A DNA stretch of 64,000 bases from Terriglobia bacterium (GTDB lineage: Bacteria > Acidobacteriota > Terriglobia > 20CM-2-55-15). The position numbers were made by a program, and so were the translations under genes. This document shows positions 1 to 8,193 of the stretch, piece after piece (within the stretch, counting starts at the first letter, position 1; each line of letters opens with the position of its first letter). The notes beneath the pieces are model-generated. The model searched no databases. It had not been told where the DNA came from and worked only from the letters and a program-made list of their open reading frames with translations. Where the stretch lies: the NCBI GenBank assembly GCA_965218585.1, contig CBDCLE010000012.1:64001-128000 (forward strand), in the 5' to 3' direction.

Positions 1-5
1 GCGTT

Positions 6-1279
6 ATGTGGGTCCAACTTCTACTCGTCCTTTTCATACAGACGCCTTCAGTACAGACGCCTTCAGTCGAGACCCCTTCAGTGGAGACCGCTCCCAATCC
101 GCTGGAGCTGCTGTATGAGGACGCGATGGTGGCCATGGAGGCCGAGGAATGGGACGAGGCGATATCGAAACTCGAGGCGGTTTCTGCAAGAGGATCCATC
201 CCACGTCGGTTCCCGTTTTAACCTCGCTGTAGCTTTTGACGAAGCAGACAAACCGACAATGCACTGGAAGCCTACCGCACACTACTCGCCGGTGACGCCA
301 CGGTCTTGAGGCACGAATGAATCTGGCGATCCTGTTAAACGAAACCGGCCGGCCGGAAGACGCCATAGATGAATCGCCAAAGCGGCAGACCTGCGGCCCG
401 ACGATCCGGTCCCGGCACTCTATCGGGCACAGTCACTGGATCAAACCAACCGGACGGATGAGACGATCGCGGCATACCGGAGGGTTCTGGAGATCGATCC
501 CGATCTGGTCGAACCCCACGAACGGCTCGGGTTCATCTACAGAGATACGAACGAGGGGGATCAGGCCGTCGACGAACTGCTCGCGGCAGAGCGCCTGGGA
601 TCGACAACTCCAGCCGTGTTTGTGGCTTTGGGCGACATCGAGTCGGAACGAGAAAACCTGGATGCCGCGCGCACCCACTACGAACGTGCCGACCAACTTC
701 TCCCGGGCGACATCGACATTGGTCTCCGCCTAGCCCTGTCTTAAGAGAGCAGGGCGAGGCTTCCGGGGCCATCGCGATCCTCGAAAACCTGGAAGAGGGC
801 CCGGGCGGTCTGGATTCCATTCTGGCCGAAGCGTACATGGAGAATGAGATGTATGCCGAAGCGCTGAGGCGTTTGAGCGTCTGAGCCGGCAGAACCCGGA
901 AACCTCCGACTACTGGTACATGTTGGGCCGGGCGTACCTCGAGATCGACATGGAGGACCTGGCGGAAGCTGCCCTGCACCAGGCTATGAGCATTGACCCG
1001 AAACGCCTCGAAGGCTGGGGGTCGCTGGCGGCGATCTACCTTTCGCGCGAAGACTGGCAGAACGCAGGCATCACGCTGCTACAGTACGTCACGCTGGAAC
1101 CGGATCACGCCGATTCGCACTTTGGGCTCGCGCTCTGTTACGACAATTTGGGACAATTTGATCAGGCACTGGTGCACTATAATAGGTTCATGGAGCTCGA
1201 TGATGGATCGGACGATGCGCGTTCTTTCCAAGTCCGGCAGAGGGCTGAATCACTTGAGCGGTATCTCAATGAAAATTAA
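6..1279 (+). CDS. Secreted tetratricopeptide-repeat (TPR) protein, split by several frameshifts
   Basis: Signal-like N-terminus and TPR-like helices continuing across frames (ORFs 6-221 and 920-1279, e.g. ADSHFGLALCYDNLGQFDQALVHY). The indels are probably sequencing errors. Confidence 0.7.
39..92 (+). repeat. 15-bp coding tandem repeat (QTPSV/ETPSV x3.5)
   Basis: cagacgccttcagta cagacgccttcagtc gagaccccttcagtg gagaccgct. Confidence 0.85.
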
Positions 1280-1774
1280 TAACTTGAGACCCGTGGTCGC
1301 TGGGCTGTTGATCCTCGGGCTGATCGGCTGTTCGAGCCGCCCGAACGTGTTTACCGAACCGCTTGACGAGCGCCTGCGACGGATCAACGAAGAACGGGCC
1401 AGACTCGAGACCACGACCAACCCCGTAACCCGAACCCGAATCCAGATTCGCATATCCGACTTGCTCATCAGCTTCGTGGGAGACGCCGTCGATGTGGGCG
1501 ATGTGGAACTGATCGAAGAGCGCATCGGAGAGTACCGAACGGTCGTCTTCGCCGCACGCGATACGATGGTGAATTCCGGCAGGAATGCTCTGAACGATGC
1601 GAGCGGTTACAGGGATCTGGAGATCGCACTCCGGCAACACGCACGCCAACTGGGCGACATCGGTTCACAGCTGACCTTCGAACCGAGACAACCTCTCGAT
1701 CGACTCATCGAGGAAATATCCGAAGTACGGAAGAAATGCTGGACATCCTTTTCCCGGAGCCCAGCGCGGCATAG
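1269..1774 (+). CDS. Hypothetical lipoprotein (frameshift near 3' end)
   Basis: MKINNLRPVVAGLLILGLIGC lipobox. The alternative frame ends EMLDILFPEPSAA*. Confidence 0.6.
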
Positions 1775-1785
1775 ACGGCTGACAG

Positions 1786-2393
1786 ATGAAGCTTATTAGA
1801 GGCATTGCCATCGGTCTTCTGGTCGCACTGATCGTGACCCCACCCGCCTGGGCCCAGGACGATTACTTCACCGACCTGGAAATAGACGAGATTCGCGGTG
1901 CCCAACAGATCTCGAGACGCGTTGACGTTCTCCTTCAGATCGCCCAGGTTCGACTGGCCGAACTCGGACTGGCAGAACTGGAACAAGAGGTGGAGAGCAC
2001 GAGCGGAAACAGCCGCATCACCCGAACGATTGTGCGTATTCTGGCCCCCGCACAGCCGATGAACTGGACGCGGCCCAGGAAGAGCTGGAAACCTTTGAAA
2101 ACGATCTGTCCTACTTCACAAGGGCAGAGCTCCTCCGTGGCTATCACCAGGCGCTGGAAGAGACCATGGACAACATCGACGACGCCTACGAGCAAGGGCG
2201 CGGAGACATCCGCGAGCCTCTGAATTCGTTGAAGGACTTCATCGAAGACTCGATTCCTCTCCTCCTGCGATTTGAGGTGGAAAACGAATCGGAAGACATC
2301 GCTCTTGAGGACGCCATCACACAATCCGAACTGGCCCTTGAAGGTGCAGAGGCAGCCCTCGATACCGTTCCGAGAACCGAAAGAGATCAGTGA
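1786..2393 (+). CDS. Hypothetical secreted helical protein (one frameshift near 2050)
   Basis: Signal peptide ending AWA-QDD. ORFs 1786-2223 and 2166-2393 join. Confidence 0.6.
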
Positions 2394-3080
2394 CCGATCT
2401 CGAGTCCGCCTTCCGCAAGATTCATCGCGAACTCAAACCACGCACCCCGGTTCCAAAAATCCAGACAGAGTTCTTCCCTTCTGTTGGCGCGAATCATTCG
2501 GCCACACTTGACGAAGGTGTTCTCCGCGTGCGGGTCAGCGATCTCTTTGCGGACGCACCCGCCGAGATCCTCGAAACGGTGGCGATTATTCTGCTGTCCA
2601 AGCTCTACCGGAAGAAGATCGACGCTGAGTACCACACCGACTACCGTCGCTACACGATGAGTACGGACATGCTCGAGCGCGGCCGTCGGGTTCGATCTGA
2701 AAGAGGTCGGCCTACTCCGACAACTGCCCCTCAGGGAAAGTGCTACGACCTCGGCACCCTCTTTGACGAGATCAACATGGAGTGTTTCTCGGGCGGACTG
2801 CGGAAACCTCAGCTCCTCATGGACCCGGAGGGAGGCCCGGACCGTTCTGGGACGTTACGACTTTGACCAGGACGTGATTTTCATCAGCCGTTTTCTGGAC
2901 TCCGACACCATTCCAGCCCATGTTGTTCGATACATCCTGTTCCACGAGATGCTTCACGTGAAGCATGGAACCGAGATCAAGGGCCTTCGTGAGATCGTTC
3001 ACACGCCGGCTTTCCGACGCGAAGAAAAGCAATTCCCCAACTACCAGTTCGCCCGCGACTGGCTGGATCATAGTACGTAG
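2390..3080 (+). CDS. SprT-like/DUF45 zinc metalloprotease (frameshift near 2815)
   Basis: HEMLH zincin motif, LGRYD and downstream HTPAFR. ORFs 2390-2866 and 2763-3080 join. Confidence 0.75.
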
Positions 3081-3616
3081 ATCACGCAGATCCGTGTGAT
3101 CCATGTATCCACAGAAGGGCTTTGCCCGCAAATTCGTTCCTGCCCATAAATCATCAGTTCTGCCCGAAAAACCCCACGAGTCCTCTTTATGGCTCTATGC
3201 TGAAAAGCCGCATTGGAAGATGTGGGTGGAAAAATATTGTGAAAATCCTCGCATGCGCTCTCGCCCGCATCGCAGAAGTCTTGGATCGTATCGTAGATGT
3301 GATCCAACCTAGTGTTGAATGACAGATACACGCTGGTGATCTCTTGAAGATACTGTGAGTTCAAGTCCGCTCTTCCACTCACCATCTCCAACTTTGAAAG
3401 AGTGCCTGCCCCAGCGTAGGGGTCGTAATCGGAAGAGAATGCAAAGAGCAATCCCCACGCATCTGCATCTAACTCAGGGTTCCGACTAAAGTCCTGCTTG
3501 CCGGTTTCGAAATTGGTAGACGTGACCCAGTTCGTGCCCGATGGCAAACGCAAGCTCGCTTTCGAAATCCGCGAGTAGTTCCGCTAATGCCAAACTAATT
3601 TCGACCCCGTCTCTAG

Positions 3617-5084
3617 TACTACTGTATTACAAACGAAGCGGTCCACAGAACGGACAACGAGGAAGCTGCTGAATCAGGAAGCGGGCGATGCGAATGCGAA
3701 GCGTGGCAATCGAGCAGGGGTTATGTCGTTCGGGCCGGATCCGGGGTTCCGCGGGGTTTGAAGTGTTTGGGGAGTTTGGGGACGGATAGTCCAACATGCT
3801 CGACAAATGCAGAGGGGGAAAAACGGCTCCGCTCGGCGACCAGGAACCCATAAGAGGCAATACATAAGGTGCCATGATGGTGAAATCCACGCCAGCCGCG
3901 ACCTTCGTAGTGTCCCAGACCGAGTTCCTGCTTGAGTTCCTGATAGTCGCGTTCGATGATCCAGCGCTGTTTGGCCTGACCGGCCAGATCGGAAAGCGAG
4001 GTATGGGCCCCAAGAGTGGAGAGCCAGTACCGGATCGGTTCGGATGCGGTCTTGGGCCACTCGACCAACAACCACTCTTTCGGATGCGGCGAGTGGCGCT
4101 CGTGATCCAGATGAGCGGGACGAATGCGAACTGCGGCGAAACGGGAACGCAGGGTCTCGGAGGTGCCTTCGCGCCAGGAGACGTTCTTCCAACGCTGGGG
4201 AGACAACGAGAGGGCCAGTTGCTTGACCGAAACCGGTTGATGTTTCTTGTTGCGCTGCATGCGGGTCGGTGTCCGTCCGCGGCCGGTCAAGGATTTCGGC
4301 GGCAAGGGACCCTGGCCCGGTTTCCACACGGTCGTGGTGCCTTGCACCCCTAGGACGTAGCTAAGTCCGAGTTCGGTGATGCCGTGCCGGAACTTGTAGT
4401 TGTTGCCGTAGGCCGTATCGCCCAGAACCGGTGCCGGAGCAATGCCGTCATCGACGGCCTGCCGGATTTGTTCCAAAGCAATTTGAGGTTTAGTTTGAAA
4501 TCGAACGTCTTCGGGAATAGCGGCTTTGCTTCGACGTTCCGGATCCTTCGCCCAGGTCTCGGGGAGGTAGAGTCGCCATGCCACCGGCAAGCTGGATTTC
4601 GCTGTCGCCACCGACAGGCTCACCGCCACCCGGCAGTTCTCAGGTTTGCCGACCTGTCCACAGTATTGCCGGGCCACACCCACCGAGTGGGTCCCCTTTT
4701 TCACGAATCCGGTGTCGTCGACAATCCAGGCTTCAATCGGACCGTTGGCTTCCATCGCCCCCAGCGCGTACTGTCGAACTTCTGCCAACAGAGCCGCATC
4801 GTCCCAGGGCGCATCCGCGACCAGATGATGTAGCGACTGGTGCATTCGGCGTACATTATCCGGAGCCAATCGTGCAGCCATCGGCTCCACACTCTTACGT
4901 TTGATCGGCAGCAACAACCCGGTGCAGTACGACTTCAACGGTTCATGACGATCGGCGTGTCCTGCGGCCGACGCCAGGCGTTCCAAATAGGCCGCAAAAC
5001 GTTTTTCCTGAGTGCCTGGCGCCTTCGATTTGGCGCTCATGACCGGATGCTAACATAAAATAGACCGTTTGTAACATAGTAGTA
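3617..5084 (-). mobile_element. IS701-family insertion sequence, copy 1 (1468 bp)
   Basis: 19-bp TIRs tactact(gta/atg)ttacaaacg, flanks CTAG/ATAG, near-identical to 31227-32694. Confidence 0.92.
3721..5040 (-). CDS. IS701-family DDE transposase
   Basis: Motifs WIVDDTGFVKKGTHSVGVARQYCGQ, GDTAYG, RWIIERDYQELKQELGLGHYEGRGWRGFHHH. Confidence 0.95.
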   Translation of the reverse strand: MSAKSKAPGTQEKRFAAYLERLASAAGHADRHEPLKSYCTGLLLPIKRKSVEPMAARLAPDNVRRMHQSLHHLVADAPWDDAALLAEVRQYALGAMEANGPIEAWIVDDTGFVKKGTHSVGVARQYCGQVGKPENCRVAVSLSVATAKSSLPVAWRLYLPETWAKDPERRSKAAIPEDVRFQTKPQIALEQIRQAVDDGIAPAPVLGDTAYGNNYKFRHGITELGLSYVLGVQGTTTVWKPGQGPLPPKSLTGRGRTPTRMQRNKKHQPVSVKQLALSLSPQRWKNVSWREGTSETLRSRFAAVRIRPAHLDHERHSPHPKEWLLVEWPKTASEPIRYWLSTLGAHTSLSDLAGQAKQRWIIERDYQELKQELGLGHYEGRGWRGFHHHGTLCIASYGFLVAERSRFSPSAFVEHVGLSVPKLPKHFKPRGTPDPARTT

Positions 5085-6106
5085 ATAGTGGCGTAGGCGC
5101 TTATTTCCATCTCGGAAGTGACTGTGAGCTCGATGTCATTGGGATTTGGGATATTAGCGCGTACAGAATCATTGCTGACAAGCGAACGAAACACGTTCTC
5201 TATAACGTGCCGATGGGAAGCGGGCCGCGCCGCTGTACCGCTCGGCAGGGACGAATAGACGCCCCCATCGCCTCGAAGGGTCAAAGCGGAAACGTAGCCT
5301 TTTGAAGCTTGGATCAAAACGGACCCGGTGAAATCACCCGGCAAGTCGGGGATGATCTCGCTGAGCAATTTTGCGCTGTGTCCAAATCCAGGTAGTTGTA
5401 CAGATCCATGGAAGGGATTGCCACCGCCGTTCGGTAGGGCGGCAATTTGCATTGATTGTTCAAAGCTGTAGATATTAACTAAGGCAACCCCCAGATCCGG
5501 AGTAGCGGACGAAAAATATTGTGGTGCCGGCAATGATGCAGGAACACTGACCGAATAGAGTACGTTTCCGGCCTCATCCATGGAGCTGTAAGTCGCCGTG
5601 ACTTGAACGAGGTTCGATGCGTAGACGGTTGCCCATCCAACTTGAGGTACTGGACTCGTGCCTCGGCCTGGTGTACTCCAGCATTCCGAAGCGCGGGATC
5701 TCGAACTCGACTGCGTTCCAATACCCATCCTGATTATCGAAATCCAGATAGATATATTCTCCATCGTCTCCTCTGAACCAGACTGTTCCTGTCACGGCTG
5801 TGTGTTTGGATTAGCGATAGTGACTGTGGTGCGCCACCCGCCACCGTCAACGATTTGCGGGATGTAGGACCAAGCATTTGCCGACTCTGGAATGCCAAGG
5901 AAGAATGTTTGAGCCGAATTTGGGTCAGAGAGAGACACAGAAGGGCCAAAACGAGCATGAGCCGTTTCACTGGAGGTTCCTTTTTACCAGGGGAATCGGT
6001 GTTACCGGAACCATTGTTGGTCACCGGGTCGGTTGCCAGACAGAACGCACGCATGTGCGGAATCCCGCCTGTTTCCCGGTAGGTGTTGTATTCGGCGGGC
6101 AACCCG

Positions 6107-6526
6107 GTGATACAGGTCGCGCGAATGCTTCGGAAGGCCATTTCCGAACGAGCCAGAATTGACCGGAAAATTATCGTCATTCAGAACGATCTCGCCAAAC
6201 TTGCCCCACTCTGCGGTATGCCTGAAGCGCAACATCCGCTCGCTGAAATGGGCGTCACCGACGCAGTGCGAAGCATCGTCGGAGCAGCCCCTGAGAAAGG
6301 CGTTGCCACGGCTGGGGTCAGGAAGGTCTCGGCTATGTGTGGCGTGAGATTGCCAGAGTCTAACCCGTTGGCGGCGATTCAGACTGCTTTGAAGCGGCTT
6401 GAATCCAAGGGAGAAATAGAGAGGCGTGAGAGGAAATGGGTCTGGATCAGCAATACAAATCCACCCACGCAGCCGATACCGGAGTGGATGCTCAGGGATC
6501 CTGAAGAGGAAGAAACGGGGGGCTAG
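6107..6526 (+). CDS. Small coiled-coil plus winged-helix-like protein inside the transposon (putative regulator)
   Basis: Heptad-like N-terminus and C-terminal TDAVRSIV...NPLAAIQTALKRLESKGEIER wHTH-like pattern. Start is uncertain (6083, 6107 or 6125). Confidence 0.6.
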   Translation: MIQVARMLRKAISERARIDRKIIVIQNDLAKLAPLCGMPEAQHPLAEMGVTDAVRSIVGAAPEKGVATAGVRKVSAMCGVRLPESNPLAAIQTALKRLESKGEIERRERKWVWISNTNPPTQPIPEWMLRDPEEEETGG

Positions 6527-6594
6527 CTCAACAGGAGAGAGCACCCGCTTCGTAAGCGGGACCGTTGCGGGTTCGAAGCCCGCGCCCCCATCCA
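6517..6594 (+). tRNA. tRNA-like gene, anticodon CGT (nominally Thr), non-canonical
   Basis: GGGGGGC-TA-GCTC aacaggaga GAGC-A-CCCGC ttCGTaa GCGGG-accgtt-GCGGG TTCGAAG CCCGC-GCCCCCA-T-CCA. Full cloverleaf with a G1:A72 mismatch and a 6-nt variable region. Confidence 0.8.
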
Positions 6595-6720
6595 AACCGG
6601 CCCCGCAGGGTGGTGACACACCCTGCGGAAGCCATAACCTGCAAGGCGCGTGAAGCACCCGACAGGCAGCAGAACCTCATTGTACTGCCCACGGCCCTTG
6701 CAACGCAAAGGAGATCCACC
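6595..6720 (+). ncRNA. Putative structured RNA leader between the tRNA-like gene and the transposase
   Basis: 10-bp perfect hairpin 6603-6628. Stem tgcaagg/ccttgca (6640-6646 with 6696-6702) encloses cgtg/cacg and ggcag/ctgcc. RBS aaggag follows. Confidence 0.4.
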
Positions 6721-7959
6721 GTGGACGATTCCAGAAAACAACGCGCACTCGAAATCGCGGATAAGTTCAGGATCGCGTCCCAAGACGCATGTCGCTGGAT
6801 GGTTCCTTCGCAGTACGGTACTGGACGCTATTCGGTCACGATCCTCGGCCAAAACTCCCACTGCACCTGCCTGGACTGGGAGAAGCGCCGCCAGCCGTGC
6901 AAGCATGTCATGGCGGTCGAACTCTTCCGTGTGAACAGTGAGCGGATAGGAGACGCCCCGAAGGTCACAGAGGCGATCTATCACACGCCACGACCAACCT
7001 ACAAACAGGACTGGACGGCCTACAACGCAGCGCAAACCAACGAGAAGGACGAGTTTCAGATGCTTCTCTGGGGTTTGTGTCAAGGGCTGAAGCAGCCGAA
7101 GCGGACAGCCGCGGACGACCGGCGCTGCCGATTTCCGATTCGGTATTTGCAGCAGCGTTCAAGGTGTACTCCACAGTTTCCGGGCGCCGGTTCATGAGCG
7201 ACCTTCGGAACGCCAAAGCGTCGGGGGTTTCTTAACCAGCTTCCCCACTACAACTCGATCTTCGACTTGATGGACAACCCCGGATTGACTCAGATTCTTG
7301 AGAACCTGATTACGGAGTCGAGTCTTCCACTGAAATCGGTTGAGCGAGATTTCGCCGTGGATTCGTCCGGATTCTCCACCTGCCGATTCGAGCGGTGGTT
7401 CGATCACAAGCACGGCGGCGATAGGTTCAAGCGAAACTGGGTGAAGGTCCACATCATGTGCGGCGTCAAAACCAACATCGTTACCGCCGTCGAGATCCGT
7501 GGCCGCGAGGCCCACGATGCGCCGTTGCTGCCAGACATGCTGGAATCTACGGCTAAGAACTTCACGATGCACGAGGTTTCCGCCGACAAAGGCTACCTGA
7601 GCGTGAACAACGTGAAGAAGATCGTCGGTTCTGGAGCCGCTCCGTTCATCGCGCTCAAGACCAACAGCCAGCCGCAAACGTCGAGCAAGGTCTGGAATGA
7701 CATGTACTACTACTTCCAGTTGAAGCGAGACGAGTTTCTGGAGCACTACCACAAGCGCTCGAACGTCGAAACCACCTTCCACATGATTAAGTCGAAATTC
7801 AGAGACTCGCTGCGGTCAAAGACCGACCGCGCCCTGGTCAACGAAGCATTGTGTAAGATTCTTTGTCACAATCTTGTAGTCCTGGTTCATGAAGCTCACG
7901 AGCTGGGGGTCGAGCCGATTTTCTGGGCAGAAACCCCGGCTGCCCGAATAAATGCCTGA
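6721..7959 (+). CDS. Transposase: N-terminal SWIM zinc finger plus DDE (IS4/IS5-type) domain, with two compensating indels
   Basis: CTCLDWEKRRQPCKH (SWIM) and catalytic FAVDSSGF / SADKGY / RSNVETTF. The frame shifts near 7105 and again at the G5 run at 7223-7227. Confidence 0.88.
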
Positions 7960-8193
7960 CTTATTTAGTTTTCGGGCAAAGCCCCACAGAAGCTGTGGAA
8001 AAGCCTGTGGAAAGGTCCCTGCTCCCCTTGCCTAAGCACACCTAAAGCTATCGCTTATAGCGTTTTGCACCTTTTCCTGTCACCGGCGTCACTGTTGAAA
8101 AATTCGGTAATTTTTTCGATAGAGGGAAAAATCTGCGTAGGACAGAAAAGACCAATGCAGAGACGCGGAGACGCAGAGGGAAGAAAAACCTAG

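Larger units (their letters stand above)
3187..5970 (-). pseudogene. Secreted M48-family metallopeptidase passenger gene, interrupted by IS701
   Basis: Removing the IS restores ...EISAYAT(R/I)DGVEISLALAELLADFESELAFAIGHELGHVYQ, followed by the ELDADAWG motif. GTG start at 5970 with RBS and signal peptide. Additional indels are present. Confidence 0.75.
3118..7983 (+). mobile_element. Cargo-carrying DDE transposon (IS5 family, IS903-like ends) with nested IS701
   Basis: TIRs ggctttgcccgcaaa (3118-3132) and ttttcgggcaaagcc (7969-7983), 14/15 match. Perfect 9-bp direct repeat CCACAGAAG at 3109-3117 and 7984-7992. The transposase ends just inside the right TIR. Confidence 0.9.

Noticed and set aside
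3068-3186. Passenger ORF reading through the left TIR into the neighbouring gene
   Set aside because: A one-base homopolymer correction gives a natural end ...FHPHLPMRLFSIEP* at 3187, inside the element.
6517-6594. tRNA as the attachment site of a prophage or integrative element
   Set aside because: There is no integrase and no duplicated tRNA 3' end. The boundaries are defined by TIRs and a 9-bp TSD instead.
6670-6675. Loop sequence CAGAA matching the TSD (ccaCAGAAg) as evidence of RNA-guided targeting
   Set aside because: Only 5 nt, which is expected by chance. It cannot be supported without covariation data.
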